From contig OZ242320.1 in assembly GCA_965208125.1 (NCBI GenBank), forward strand, positions 2,080,001 to 2,144,000: a DNA stretch of 64,000 nt. Reading direction: 5' to 3'. Shown here piece by piece: positions 36,100 through 46,636 of the stretch (positions are counted from its first letter, which is position 1; each line of letters opens with the position of its first letter). The notes under the pieces were generated by a model. The model was not told the origin of the DNA. It ran no database searches and saw nothing but the letters and a program-made list of their open reading frames with translations. Made by a program: the position numbers and the translations under genes. The stretch comes from Candidatus Latescibacterota bacterium (GTDB lineage: Bacteria; Latescibacterota; UBA2968).

Positions 36100-36652
36100 G
36101 ATGTGGTTTGAAGAGGCGAGGGCTTCGGAGCCGACACTGCCCGAGGCCGCGGCTCTGGCTACGGCGACGCGCGATGGAAAGCCTTCGGTGCGTATGGTGC
36201 TGGTGAAGCAGTGCGATCGGGATGGGTTTGTGTTTTTTACGAATTTGGAGAGTCGCAAGGCAGATGAGTTGGCGGAGAATCCCAGGGCAGCTCTGCTGTT
36301 TCACTGGAAGTCGCTGGTCAGGCAGGTGCGTATTGAGGGACGGGTTGAGGCTGTTTCGGACGCGGTGTCCAGGGCGTATTTTGATTCGCGTCCCCGGGGT
36401 AGTCGCTTGAGTGCCTGGGCGTCGCCTCAAAGCGAGGCGATTCCCGATCGGGCGTTTTTGGAAGATCGCGTGGCAGAGTTGAGTCGGAAATATCCGGGAG
36501 AGGATGTGCCGTTGCCGGATTTTTGGGGGGGCTATCGGGTGGTTCCCGATCAGTTTGAATTTTGGGTGAATAGGGATGATCGGTTGCACGATCGGTTTTT
36601 GTATGTTCGGCAAGGTGATGGCGCGTGGAGGCGCGCTTTGCTGGCGCCGTGA
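36071..36652 (+). CDS. pdxH: Pyridoxine/pyridoxamine 5'-phosphate oxidase
   Basis: RMVLVK, FFTNLESRK, RQVRIEG, SAWASPQS, EFW...RLHDR. Confidence 0.95.
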   Translation: MNPDPFVQFEMWFEEARASEPTLPEAAALATATRDGKPSVRMVLVKQCDRDGFVFFTNLESRKADELAENPRAALLFHWKSLVRQVRIEGRVEAVSDAVSRAYFDSRPRGSRLSAWASPQSEAIPDRAFLEDRVAELSRKYPGEDVPLPDFWGGYRVVPDQFEFWVNRDDRLHDRFLYVRQGDGAWRRALLAP

Positions 36653-36680
36653 GAAGTGAGAAGTGTGAAGTGTGAAGTGA
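36653..36680 (+). repeat. GAAGTGW heptamer x4
   Basis: Directly after the pdxH stop. Confidence 0.8.
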
Positions 36681-36698
36681 GAAAAGATAGGAATTACG

Positions 36699-37421
36699 AT
36701 GACCAAACTCAGTGTAAATTTGAATCGGGTGGCGCTGTTGCGGAATAGCCGGCCGCTTACTTTTCCCAGTGTGACGAGGGCGGCGCAGGTGTGTATTGAT
36801 GCGGGTGCGCATGGGATTACGGTGCATCCCCGGCCCGACGAGCGGCATATTCGCAGGACGGATGTTTATGAGTTGAAAGAGGTAATTTCAGGGGTGGAGT
36901 ACAATATTGAGGGCAATCCCTTTCCCGATTTTATGGATATGGTGCGGGATGTGGTGCCAGATCAGTGTACGCTGGTGCCCGATGAACCGGATCAGAGTAC
37001 GTCCGATCACGGTTGGGATTTGAGGCGGGATGGCGAGCGGCTTGTGCCGATTATTGCGGAGTTGAAAGGTCTGGGTATTCGGGTTTCTCTGTTTATGGAT
37101 CCGGTGCCGGAAGATATGGCTCTGGCAAAGGATTTGGGCGCGGATCGCGTTGAGCTTTATACGGAGTCTTACGCTTCTGCTTGTGACGGGGGCGATGTGG
37201 GGCCTGTTTTTCGGCAGTACGCGGATTCGGCTCGCGCGGCACAGGATGCGGGGCTGGGGGTTAATGCGGGGCACGATCTCAATCTCGATAATTTGGGTGA
37301 GTTTGTGACGATTCCCGGGATTCTCGAGGTGTCTATTGGTCACGCGCTGATCGCAGATACTGTTTTTATGGGGTTGGAGAATACGGTGAAGGCGTATTTG
37401 AAGGTGTTGGGGTATGGGTGA
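36699..37421 (+). CDS. pdxJ: Pyridoxine 5'-phosphate synthase
   Basis: LSVNLNRVALLRNSR, GITVHPRPDERHI, VNAGHDL, EVSIGHALI. Confidence 0.96.
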   Translation: MTKLSVNLNRVALLRNSRPLTFPSVTRAAQVCIDAGAHGITVHPRPDERHIRRTDVYELKEVISGVEYNIEGNPFPDFMDMVRDVVPDQCTLVPDEPDQSTSDHGWDLRRDGERLVPIIAELKGLGIRVSLFMDPVPEDMALAKDLGADRVELYTESYASACDGGDVGPVFRQYADSARAAQDAGLGVNAGHDLNLDNLGEFVTIPGILEVSIGHALIADTVFMGLENTVKAYLKVLGYG

Positions 37422-37505
37422 GGCTGGGACGGCACAGGGGCCGTCCCCTACGATGACATTGTGGTTTGTTGTAGGGACAACCCCCTGTGGTTGTCCGCTG
37501 ACCGC
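37422..37505. repeat. GTAG-type REP doublet
   Basis: First hairpin identical to 16572-16606; second GTAGGGACAACC..GGTTGTCC. Confidence 0.78.
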
Positions 37506-37511
37506 TAATAA

Positions 37512-37540
37512 TTGACAAAGCGTTTTCATTTGTTTATTAT
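37512..37540 (+). promoter_or_regulatory. Sigma-70 promoter of tig-clpP-clpX
   Basis: TTGACA-N17-TATTAT. Confidence 0.7.
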
Positions 37541-37596
37541 TGCACGTTGGGCCAGTTAGTGAGTGAAGTATTATAAAGAAAGGATTATCCAACGCG

Positions 37597-38967
37597 ATGA
37601 ATGTGCAGGTAACCGAGTCGGGGACGTGGCGTCGAACATTGGAGATTGAAGCCCCGGCCGAAGATGTGGATAAGCGTCTCAATGACGCTTACAGGAAATA
37701 CAGCAAGACCCTTAATTTGCCGGGATTTCGCAAGGGTAAAATTCCCCTGAGCGTTGTCAAACGGCAATTTGGGCCGGCTATCCAGGGCGAGGTTGTCCAG
37801 GAGATGGTCGAGGAATTTTACCGGGAGGCGAGCGAGGCCGAAGGGATTCAACCCGTTTCTCAGGCGAGTATTGATGATATCAATTTTGAAGAGGGACAGC
37901 CTCTGGTGTTCAAAGCTTCTGTCGATGTCCGTCCGGAGATAACTGTGGAGACCTATAAGGGGCTGAAGGTGACGCGGCCTGTGTTTGCGGTTGAAGACGA
38001 GCATGTTGATGGCAGGTTGCGGTATATGCAAGAGGAGAGTGCGACCGAGCAAGTTGTCGAGCGCGCTGCCGATCTCGACGATGTGGTTTTTGCCGATGTC
38101 GAAGAACTCGATGAGGGCGGCAGTCCCGTGGCCGATCACAGGTCAGAAGATCAATCGATTCGGCTGTTTAAGACGGAAGACGATAAGCCGACTGAATTGG
38201 CAGAGCAATTGATGGGCATTTCGGCTGGTGAGTCCCGTGAGATTACAATTACGCGGCCCGTTCAGGATGCGCACGATCACGAGGATTGCGATCACGATCA
38301 TGACCACGATGATCACGCGGGTCACGACCACGATCATGAGCATGGGGATCACGACGAAGGACCGAAAGAAGAGACCGTGATGTTTCGCGTGATGGCGAAA
38401 GAAATACGCGAGCGCGAGTTGCCCGAATTGGATGATGAATTGGCTCAGGATGTCGGCGGCGTGGAGACGTTGGACGAACTCAAGGCGCAAATTCGCAATG
38501 AGATGCAGGCGCAGTACGATCAGGTGATCCGCCAGCGCGTTGAGGAGAATTTGATGGATGCGCTGATTGAGGGAAATCCTTTTGAGGTTCCCGATAGCAT
38601 GGTCGAAAACTATCTCGATGGTATGATTGAGTCGTACAAGCGAGAGCACGCCGGTCACGACCACGGGATTGACGAAGACGCGCTTCGCGAGGAAGGGCGC
38701 GATCAAGCCGAACGCGGTGTCAAACGCTTTTTGTTGCTGGATGCTGTTGCCGATCAGGAAGATATTGAGGTGACGGATGACGATCTGGACAAGCATCTCG
38801 AGGAGATGTCGCAACGGCACAATATCGAAGGACCGCGTCTGCGTCAGATTTTGAGCCGAACCGAACAGCTCGATCAGATTGAGTCGGAGATTAAAACGCA
38901 GAAGACGTTTGATTTTATCATCGATAACGCAGATGTCGAAGATGTTGAGGAAGTTGAAGGCGAATAG
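37597..38967 (+). CDS. tig: Trigger factor with a His/Asp-rich insertion
   Basis: LPGFRKGKIP ribosome-binding motif, LPELDDELA, position before clpP. Confidence 0.93.
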   Translation: MNVQVTESGTWRRTLEIEAPAEDVDKRLNDAYRKYSKTLNLPGFRKGKIPLSVVKRQFGPAIQGEVVQEMVEEFYREASEAEGIQPVSQASIDDINFEEGQPLVFKASVDVRPEITVETYKGLKVTRPVFAVEDEHVDGRLRYMQEESATEQVVERAADLDDVVFADVEELDEGGSPVADHRSEDQSIRLFKTEDDKPTELAEQLMGISAGESREITITRPVQDAHDHEDCDHDHDHDDHAGHDHDHEHGDHDEGPKEETVMFRVMAKEIRERELPELDDELAQDVGGVETLDELKAQIRNEMQAQYDQVIRQRVEENLMDALIEGNPFEVPDSMVENYLDGMIESYKREHAGHDHGIDEDALREEGRDQAERGVKRFLLLDAVADQEDIEVTDDDLDKHLEEMSQRHNIEGPRLRQILSRTEQLDQIESEIKTQKTFDFIIDNADVEDVEEVEGE

Positions 38968-39000
38968 GTTTTACATTTAAACAATAAAACGGAGTTTAAT

Positions 39001-39618
39001 GTGGCTTTGGTTCCTACAGTTCTCGAACAAACAGGGCGTGGCGAGCGCGCTTATGACATTTTTTCGCGGCTGTTGCGCGATAATATTATTTTTATTGGTA
39101 CGCCGATTAACGATACGATTGCCAATCTGGTGATTGCTCAGATGTTGTTTTGCACGTCTGAAACACCCGAGAAGCCGATTCGGCTGTATATCAATTCTCC
39201 CGGCGGTAGTATTACGGCGGGTTTGGCGATTTACGATACGATGCAATACGTGCCCAACGATGTTGAGACGGTTTGCGTGGGTCAGGCTTTTTCGCTGGGT
39301 GCCGTGCTTCTTGCAGGGGGTACGAAGGGGCAGCGCCGCGCATTGCCAAATTCGCGCATTTTGCTGCATCAACCCATTGGCGGTGCAGGCGGTCAGGCTT
39401 CGGATATCGAACGCCATGCCGAAGAGATTTTGCAATATCGCGACCGTTTGAACGCCATTTTATCCGAATGTACAGGTCAGCCTATTGAGCGCATAGAAAG
39501 GGATGCAGACCGCGATTTCTTTATGTCGGCTGATGAGGCAAAGGATTATGGCTTGATTGACGAAGTGCTCATTCCCGATCAAGATCCCAACCCCGATATC
39601 GACGAAGCCTTGTTATGA
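39001..39618 (+). CDS. clpP: Clp protease proteolytic subunit
   Basis: [30 protein letters not shown]. Confidence 0.97.
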   Translation: MALVPTVLEQTGRGERAYDIFSRLLRDNIIFIGTPINDTIANLVIAQMLFCTSETPEKPIRLYINSPGGSITAGLAIYDTMQYVPNDVETVCVGQAFSLGAVLLAGGTKGQRRALPNSRILLHQPIGGAGGQASDIERHAEEILQYRDRLNAILSECTGQPIERIERDADRDFFMSADEAKDYGLIDEVLIPDQDPNPDIDEALL

Positions 39619-39631
39619 GGAGTGGGGCGTT

Positions 39632-40879
39632 ATGAAACGACGGACTTCCAGAACAGAAATTCGCTGTTCTTTTTGTGGCAAGAGTGCCGATCAGGTCGAT
39701 AAGATCGTCACAGGCCCGAGCGTGAATATTTGCAGCGAGTGTATCAAGCTGTGCAATGAGGTTTTGCGAGAGGACGATCTCAAAAAGCCCGTGACGCTTC
39801 ACAAAGGGTTGCCCAAGCCGCAGGAGATTAAGACTCGTCTCGACGATTATGTGATTGGTCAAGAGCGCGCCAAGCGCGTTCTTTCGGTTGCGGTGTATAA
39901 TCATTACAAGCGCATTCGGTCCAATCAGTCTGCGGATGATGTCGAACTCGATAAGAGCAATATTTTGCTTATGGGGCCTACGGGTACTGGCAAGACGCTT
40001 TTGGCGCAAACGCTGGCGCGCATTTTGCAGGTTCCATTTTCGATTGCAGATGCCACTATTTTGACCGAAGCGGGGTATGTTGGCGAAGATGTTGAGAATA
40101 TCCTGGTGCGTCTGCTTCAGGCGGCGGATTACGATGTGGCGCAGGCCGAGATGGGTATTTTGTATTTGGACGAGGTCGATAAAATTTCTCGAAAGTCGGC
40201 CAATCCGTCTATTACGCGCGATGTGTCTGGAGAAGGTGTTCAGCAGGCGTTGTTGAAAATTCTGGAAGGTACGGTGGCGAGTATTCCGCCCAAGGGAGGG
40301 CGCAAGCATCCCGAACAACCCCTGATTCAGCTCAATACAAAAAATATTTTGTTTATTTGTGGCGGTGCTTTTGACGGCTTGGAAAGTGTTATTAGCACCC
40401 GCATCGGCCAAAAGACCATTGGTTTTGGATCCGATTCGAACGATTTGGATGAGCAAAATACCGGTGAGATTTTCCAGCATGCCGAGCCGGAAGATTTGAT
40501 TAAGTACGGTTTGATTCCAGAACTCGTTGGGCGCATGCCCGTGATGTGTGCGTTGGGCGATCTGGACGAGACTGCTCTGTTGCAGATTTTGACGGAACCG
40601 CAAAATGCGATTACAAAGCAATATCAGAAGTTGTTTGAACTCGATGGGGTTGAGCTGACCTTTGAGGATGACGCGCTGCGCGAGGTTGTTCGCATTACGC
40701 AGGATAAGGGTACAGGTGCGCGCGGGTTGCGGTCGGTTCTCGAAGTTGTTATGACGGATTTGATGTACGATATACCCACCAGTGAGGATGTAACCGAGGT
40801 CACAGTGACCTGCGATATGGTTCAAAACCGCAACAAGCCGCGTATTGAGGTTCTCGAATCGACCCAAAAGCGCGCTTAA
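39632..40879 (+). CDS. clpX: Clp protease ATP-binding subunit
   Basis: CSFCGK zinc finger, [21 protein letters not shown] loop, GARGLR. Confidence 0.98.
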   Translation: MKRRTSRTEIRCSFCGKSADQVDKIVTGPSVNICSECIKLCNEVLREDDLKKPVTLHKGLPKPQEIKTRLDDYVIGQERAKRVLSVAVYNHYKRIRSNQSADDVELDKSNILLMGPTGTGKTLLAQTLARILQVPFSIADATILTEAGYVGEDVENILVRLLQAADYDVAQAEMGILYLDEVDKISRKSANPSITRDVSGEGVQQALLKILEGTVASIPPKGGRKHPEQPLIQLNTKNILFICGGAFDGLESVISTRIGQKTIGFGSDSNDLDEQNTGEIFQHAEPEDLIKYGLIPELVGRMPVMCALGDLDETALLQILTEPQNAITKQYQKLFELDGVELTFEDDALREVVRITQDKGTGARGLRSVLEVVMTDLMYDIPTSEDVTEVTVTCDMVQNRNKPRIEVLESTQKRA

Positions 40880-40903
40880 AGAGATGGATATTTCCCAAAG
40901 ATG

Positions 40904-40940
40904 GGGAACCGGGGCCGAATTGGACCCCGGTTTTCGTTTG
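40904..40940 (+). terminator. Hairpin or terminator after clpX
   Basis: GAACCGGGG...CCCCGGTTTTCGTTT. Confidence 0.5.
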
Positions 40941-40954
40941 TGTGAAAGCTAATC

Positions 40955-41542
40955 ATGCAATTCCATTCTGCCGAATTTGTTACGAGTGTTGGTTTTTTGA
41001 GGCAGTTGCCCCGCGATGGGATGGCTGAGATTGCATTTGCGGGGCGTTCCAATGTGGGCAAGTCGTCGTTGCTCAATCGGCTGTTTAACCGCAAAAATTT
41101 GGCGAAGACCAGCAGCACACCCGGCAAGACGCGAACGCTGAATTTTTACCGCGTAAATCACGCGTATTATTTTGTCGATTTGCCTGGTTATGGCTATGCA
41201 AAGCGCAGTTGGGAAGAGCGCCAGGCGTGGGGGAAGCTGATTGATGGGTATGTGCAGGATCGGCCTTCAATCAGGGGTTTTGTTCTGTTAATTGATGCGA
41301 GGCACGATCCGAGCCGAGATGATTTTCAGATGATCGATTGGCTGGTGTACGGCAAAAAGCCGTTTGTGGTGGTTGCTACGAAGGCCGATAAGCTGTCGGG
41401 TCATAAGCTCAAAAGTCGATTGGATCAAACGCGACGCATGCTCGCTTTGCACGGCGATATTGATCTGTTGCCATTTTCCGCTACGACGGGTCGCGGCAAG
41501 GACGCGGTTTGGCAATGGATTGGAGAGGTGCTGAATGCTTGA
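40955..41542 (+). CDS. engB: Ribosome biogenesis GTPase YihA/YsxC
   Basis: GRSNVGKSS, TPGKT, DLPGYG, TKADK. Confidence 0.95.
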   Translation: MQFHSAEFVTSVGFLRQLPRDGMAEIAFAGRSNVGKSSLLNRLFNRKNLAKTSSTPGKTRTLNFYRVNHAYYFVDLPGYGYAKRSWEERQAWGKLIDGYVQDRPSIRGFVLLIDARHDPSRDDFQMIDWLVYGKKPFVVVATKADKLSGHKLKSRLDQTRRMLALHGDIDLLPFSATTGRGKDAVWQWIGEVLNA

Positions 41543-42635
41543 CTATCGGGTAAAGAATGCCGGGGAGATTCCCACGCCTGCGCTGTTGGTTTACAAGAAG
41601 GCGGTGGCGCATAATATTCGCGCGATTGGGGATATGATGGGTGGGTATGCGCGCCTGCGTCCGCATATTAAGACGCATAAGATGTCGCAGGTTGCGCGTA
41701 TGGAGATGGATGAGGGGATTGATAAGTTTAAGTGTGCAACGCCCAAAGAGGCGGCGATGCTCGCTGCGATTGGTGCGACCGATGTGTTGATTTCTTATCA
41801 TATCGTGGGGGCAAATATCGGGCGCGTGGTGGATTTGAAGCGGTTGTATCCCGATGCCGATTTGAAAGTTATTGCAGATGATGCGGATAATATTCAGGCG
41901 TTGTCCGATGCTTGCACATCGGCGGATGTACATTTGGGCGTTATGGTGGATGTCAATACGGGAATGAATCGCACGGGGGCATTGCCCGGCGCGCCTTCGC
42001 TGGCTCTGGCGCAGCAGATTGCACACGCATCGGGGTTGTGTTTTGCGGGTTTGCACGTGTATGATGGGCATGTGGGTGATTTCGATGGGGATATGCGTCA
42101 GAAGACGGCGATTGAGTCGATTGAGCGGGCTGTTGAGACCCGGTGTCTGATAGAACGATCTGGTATTGAGGTCGAGAAATTGGTGGCTTCGGGGTCGCCG
42201 GGTTTTGAGCATACGCAACGGGTGGATGGGGTGGATGAGGTTTCGCCGGGTACGTGGATTTTTTGGGATATGGGGTATGGTGACAAGTTGCAGAGTCCCT
42301 TTGAATGGGCAGCACTGGTTTTGTCCAGTGTGATCAGTACGACTGCTGACAATCTGATTACGCTGGACGCGGGCAGCAAGTCGGTTGCGCCCGATACGCC
42401 TGTGCCCCATTTTCGAGCGTTGGGGTTGCCAGATGATATTGCGTTTGTGCGGCGCAATGAAGAACATCAGTTGTTGTCTTTGCCGGAGGGCACACCGAGA
42501 CCACATGTGGGCGATCAATTTTATCTGGTGCCGCGCCATGTGTGTACGACTGTGAATTTGTGGGATGAGGTGTGTGTGATTGATGAAGATGGGGTGTTTG
42601 TCGAGACATGGGCCGTGGATGCGAGGGGACATTGA
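41535..42635 (+). CDS. Fold-type III PLP enzyme (D-threonine aldolase/D-serine dehydratase family)
   Basis: LRPHIKTHK, HVYDGH, DAGSKS, NEEH, PRHVCTTVNL. Confidence 0.88.
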   Translation: MLDYRVKNAGEIPTPALLVYKKAVAHNIRAIGDMMGGYARLRPHIKTHKMSQVARMEMDEGIDKFKCATPKEAAMLAAIGATDVLISYHIVGANIGRVVDLKRLYPDADLKVIADDADNIQALSDACTSADVHLGVMVDVNTGMNRTGALPGAPSLALAQQIAHASGLCFAGLHVYDGHVGDFDGDMRQKTAIESIERAVETRCLIERSGIEVEKLVASGSPGFEHTQRVDGVDEVSPGTWIFWDMGYGDKLQSPFEWAALVLSSVISTTADNLITLDAGSKSVAPDTPVPHFRALGLPDDIAFVRRNEEHQLLSLPEGTPRPHVGDQFYLVPRHVCTTVNLWDEVCVIDEDGVFVETWAVDARGH

Positions 42636-44222
42636 GTGAAAATGGAAAAGGTTCTGATTGCCGATTCTCTGGCCGATGGCTGGCAGGATGTTTTTGCTTC
42701 TTCAGATACAGAAGTCGATGTGAATACGGGTCTGTCTGAAGATGCATTGTGTGAGATTATCGGCGATTATGCCGGGCTGATTGTGCGCAGTGCAACGGAG
42801 GTTACGCAGCGGGTGGTTGAAGCGGGTGTGAATCTTCGCGCGATTGGTCGGGCGGGTGCTGGTGTGGATAATATCGATGTGGATGCCGCGACTGAGCGGG
42901 GGATTGTGGTGATGAATGCACCGGGTGGCAATACGATTTCTGCCGCCGAATACGCGATGGCGATGATGATGGCGCTGTCGCGCAATATCCCCCAGGCGAC
43001 GGCGTCGCTTAAAGCTGGCGAATGGGAGCGCGGCAGATATACGGGTGTTGAATTATACGGCAAAACTCTGGGTATTATTGGCGTGGGGCGTGTTGGTCAG
43101 CAAGTGGCGCGACGCGCGCATGTGTTTGGCATGACGCTGTTGGGTGCCGATCCTTTTTTGTCGGATGATCTGGCGCGGCAGTTGCATATACAGCAGGCTT
43201 CTTACGATGAGATTTTTGCCAGATCGGATTATATTACGTTGCACGCAGCGTTTACGGGTCAGACGCATCATCTCATTTCTGCATCGGCGCTTGCAAGGTG
43301 CAAGGATGGGGTGCGTATTATCAATTGTGCCCGGGGCGAGCTTGTGGATGAGGAGGCACTTGATAGGGCGATTGCTGCGGGGAAGGTCGCAGGGGCTGCA
43401 TTGGATGTGTTTGGCGAAGAGCCGCCTGCGGTTGATCATCCGCTGATTAAGAGACCCGAAGTGGTTTCTACACCGCATCTGGGGGCTTCGACGTTTGAGG
43501 CACAGGAAAATGTGGCGCGGCAGATTGCCGTGGATTTGCGCGATGCACTGCAGGGTAAGCCCGTTCAGAGTGGTATCAATTTGCCACCGATTGATCCGGA
43601 ATATCTCGATGCGATCAGTCCCTATCTGTCGCTGGCAGAAAAGGTGGGGTCGCTGCACGCACAACTTATGGGCGGGCATTTGCACAGGGTGATTAATCGC
43701 TATCAGGGTGTGATTCAGGAATACGCTACGGCGCCGCTTACGGCTGCGGTTTTGAAAGGTATTTTTGAATATCAGGCCGAGGAGCCGGTGACGCTGGTCA
43801 ATGCGCCTTTATGGGCTAAGGCACGCAGTATTCGGGTTGAAGAGTCCAAGAGCAGTCACGCGGATTATAGCAATTTGATTACGATAGATGTCGAGACTTC
43901 GGAAGAGACGACATCGATTTCGGCGACGGTTTTTGGGCGCCGGGATTTGCGGTTGGTTCGCATAGATGATATTGAGGTGAAGGCAAAGCTCGAGGGGAAT
44001 ATGATTGTTTTAGGCAATCGGGATGTGCCCGGTGTGGTGGGGCATATGGGCAATTTGTTTGCGGTAAATGGGATCAATATTTCCGATATGGCGCTGGGAC
44101 GCAGGAGCCAGGGCGGCGATGCGATTATGGTTTTTAATATCGATACGCCAGTGCAGGATGAGGTGCTGTCCGATATTGTGTCTCAGGAGTTTGTGAACTG
44201 GGTTAAACAGGTGAAGTTGTGA
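42636..44222 (+). CDS. serA: D-3-phosphoglycerate dehydrogenase
   Basis: GRAGAGVDNID, GVGRVG, INCARG, TPHLGAST, C-terminal ACT domain. Confidence 0.95.
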   Translation: MKMEKVLIADSLADGWQDVFASSDTEVDVNTGLSEDALCEIIGDYAGLIVRSATEVTQRVVEAGVNLRAIGRAGAGVDNIDVDAATERGIVVMNAPGGNTISAAEYAMAMMMALSRNIPQATASLKAGEWERGRYTGVELYGKTLGIIGVGRVGQQVARRAHVFGMTLLGADPFLSDDLARQLHIQQASYDEIFARSDYITLHAAFTGQTHHLISASALARCKDGVRIINCARGELVDEEALDRAIAAGKVAGAALDVFGEEPPAVDHPLIKRPEVVSTPHLGASTFEAQENVARQIAVDLRDALQGKPVQSGINLPPIDPEYLDAISPYLSLAEKVGSLHAQLMGGHLHRVINRYQGVIQEYATAPLTAAVLKGIFEYQAEEPVTLVNAPLWAKARSIRVEESKSSHADYSNLITIDVETSEETTSISATVFGRRDLRLVRIDDIEVKAKLEGNMIVLGNRDVPGVVGHMGNLFAVNGINISDMALGRRSQGGDAIMVFNIDTPVQDEVLSDIVSQEFVNWVKQVKL

Positions 44223-44257
44223 GAAGTGAGAAGGGTGAAGGATATTGGATTATTTTT

Positions 44258-44332
44258 GTAGGGGCGGGTCTTGTGCCCGCCCGCCTGTGAACGTAGCCGT
44301 ATCCATTGTAGGGGCGAGGCATGCCTCGCCCT
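44258..44332. repeat. Two GTAG-type REP hairpins in tandem
   Basis: GTAGGGGCGGGTCTTGTGCCCGCCC and GTAGGGGCGAGGCATGCCTCGCCC. Confidence 0.75.
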
Positions 44333-44370
44333 TCTGGGTTAAACAGGTGAAATTGTAAAAGAGGAAAAAA

Positions 44371-45648
44371 ATGTCTGTTTCAGCAATTGTAGGCGCGAAT
44401 TGGGGTGATGAAGGTAAGGGCAAGATGACGGATGTTCTGGCCCGGGATTCCGATTTTGTTATTCGGTTTCAGGGTGGCAATAATGCCGGGCATACGATTA
44501 TTAATGAGTTTGGAAAATTTGCCCTTCACCTTTTGCCTTCGGGCGTGTTTTATCCGCATACGACGAATATTCTGGGTACGGGGATCGCGTTGAATATTCC
44601 GGCTTTTATAGAGGAGGTGGATGATCTCATTGCCCGCGGCGTGCCGAAGCCAAATCTGTGTATATCCGAGCGCGCGCAGGTGTTGCTTCCCTATCATTTG
44701 CTTATGGATGTGTACGAGGAGGAGCGGTTGGGGGATCGAAAATACGGTTCGACCAAGTCGGGTATTGCGCCGTTTTATTCGGATAAGTATTTGAAGGTGG
44801 GGGTTCAGGTTGCCGATTTGTACGATGAGGGCCGGTTGCGGGATCGCGTCGCGCGCGCGCTGGAGGTGAAGAATGTGCTTTTTGAGCATTTGTATCAGAA
44901 GCCGCTGATGTCTCTGGAGGAGATTGTGCCGGATTTGATGGCGGCCGGAGAGCAGATTGCGCCTTATGTTTGCGATACGTCCTTGTTGCTCCACAATGCG
45001 TTGAAGGAGAAGAAGAAGATTCTGGTGGAGGGGCAGTTGGGTGCTTTGCGCGATCCGGATCACGGTATTTATCCCTATCCCACATCTTCTTCCACGTTGG
45101 CGGGGTTTGCGTCGATTGGGGCGGGGATTCCGCCTCATTCGATTACGCAGGTTGTCGCTGTTGCCAAGGCGTATTCTTCTTGTGTGGGGGCGGGACCTTT
45201 TATTTCTGAGATTTTTGGCGAGGAGGCGGAGGAGCTTCGCGAGCGGGGCGGCGATGCAGGGGAGTACGGTGCGACGACGGGACGGCCCCGCAGGATGGGC
45301 TGGTTTGACGCTGTTGCTACGCGCTATGGGTGTCGCATGCAAGGGGCGACTGCGGTTGCGTTGTCGCTGCTCGATGTGCTGGGTTATCTGGATGAGATTC
45401 CGGTTTGTACAGCTTATGAGATTGATGGGGAGAGGACAGAGATTTTTCCAGTGCCGTCGCTGCTCGACCGGGCGACGCCTGTGTTGGAGAAGTTGCCGGG
45501 GTGGAGAACAGATATTTCTTCGGTGCGCGAGTTCTCGGATTTGCCAGCAAATGCACAGCGTTATGTGAAGCATATCGAGGCGTGGCTCGAGGTTCCGGTG
45601 AAGTGGATTTCCGTGGGACCGAGACGGGAGGACATTATTGAGATGTGA
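44371..45648 (+). CDS. purA: Adenylosuccinate synthetase
   Basis: WGDEGKGK, RFQGGNNAGHT, EYGATTGRPRR. Confidence 0.96.
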   Translation: MSVSAIVGANWGDEGKGKMTDVLARDSDFVIRFQGGNNAGHTIINEFGKFALHLLPSGVFYPHTTNILGTGIALNIPAFIEEVDDLIARGVPKPNLCISERAQVLLPYHLLMDVYEEERLGDRKYGSTKSGIAPFYSDKYLKVGVQVADLYDEGRLRDRVARALEVKNVLFEHLYQKPLMSLEEIVPDLMAAGEQIAPYVCDTSLLLHNALKEKKKILVEGQLGALRDPDHGIYPYPTSSSTLAGFASIGAGIPPHSITQVVAVAKAYSSCVGAGPFISEIFGEEAEELRERGGDAGEYGATTGRPRRMGWFDAVATRYGCRMQGATAVALSLLDVLGYLDEIPVCTAYEIDGERTEIFPVPSLLDRATPVLEKLPGWRTDISSVREFSDLPANAQRYVKHIEAWLEVPVKWISVGPRREDIIEM

Positions 45649-45688
45649 TGGTGTGCGTGTGTGGATTCTTATGTTCCAGTGAGGTGAG

Positions 45689-45722
45689 AAAAGCCTGTCC
45701 AAAAGGACGGGCTTTTTTTGTT
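45689..45722 (+). terminator. Intrinsic terminator
   Basis: AAAAGCCTGTCC-AAAA-GGACGGGCTTTTTTT. Confidence 0.8.
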
Positions 45723-45825
45723 CAGAAGAACGATGTTTTGGGTTCGCGAATGGGGTATTTTGGGGAAACCTCGAACGTTTCGATTTTGTCAAAGAATAGG
45801 CAGAATATCACATCAAATATAGCTT

Positions 45826-46521
45826 ATGGAGGCAAATCCGATGTCATCCCTTCCCGTTGGAGATTTTGTGCCGTCTGTGTCTGAAGTGCGTATCCCGCGA
45901 CGTATGGTTTATGAGGGTGAGTATATTGCGCTGTCACCACTCGATCCCGAAAGGGATGCGCCCGGGTTGTTTGCGTGTTCGCATGGGACGGAATTTGTGG
46001 AGCAGTTGTGGACGTATATGGCGTATGGGCCTTTTGAAGATGTGTCGGACATGCAGGCGTGGCTTGAGCAGATTGAGCGTTCGGAGGATCCGCTCTTTTT
46101 GAGTGTTCGGGATAGAGTATCTGATCGGCCTGTTGGTATGGTGAGTTTTTTGAATATTGTGCCCGATGCGCGGCGGTTGGAGCTTGGGAATATCTGGTAC
46201 GGTCCGGAGGCACAAAATACGTGTGCGAATACCGAGGCGGCGTATCTCATGCTTTGCGAGGCGTTTGATTGTATGGGTTATCGCCGCGTGGAATGGAAAT
46301 GCGATGCGCTCAATAAACGCTCGCGGTCTGCCGCACTCCGCCTGGGGTTCACTTATGAAGGGCTATTTCGCCAGCATATGATTGTTAAAGACCGCAACCG
46401 GGATACGACGTGGTTTTCCATGCTGGATACAGAATGGTCCCGGATTAAAGAAAATATGGAAGAATGGCTGTATAACAATCCGGATAAGTCCTGGTCGCTG
46501 AGGGAAAGAACTGTGCGCTAA
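45826..46521 (+). CDS. GNAT acetyltransferase (RimJ/RimL type)
   Basis: LWTYMAYGPF, GYRRVEWKCDALN..SRSAALRLGFTYEG. Confidence 0.9.
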   Translation: MEANPMSSLPVGDFVPSVSEVRIPRRMVYEGEYIALSPLDPERDAPGLFACSHGTEFVEQLWTYMAYGPFEDVSDMQAWLEQIERSEDPLFLSVRDRVSDRPVGMVSFLNIVPDARRLELGNIWYGPEAQNTCANTEAAYLMLCEAFDCMGYRRVEWKCDALNKRSRSAALRLGFTYEGLFRQHMIVKDRNRDTTWFSMLDTEWSRIKENMEEWLYNNPDKSWSLRERTVR

Positions 46522-46636
46522 AAAAATAACTGCCGCAAAAGTGGTTTGCCTTTTCGCCTCTATCTCGTATAATTAGGTAGTGCTGGTCATTTGATACGGA
46601 CTGGCATAACAAAGCCGCAATGGAAGCTGGTAATAC

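Noticed and set aside
44371-45648. purA as PurZ (Z-genome synthesis)
   Set aside because: It keeps the catalytic Asp in GDEGKG and has a housekeeping context
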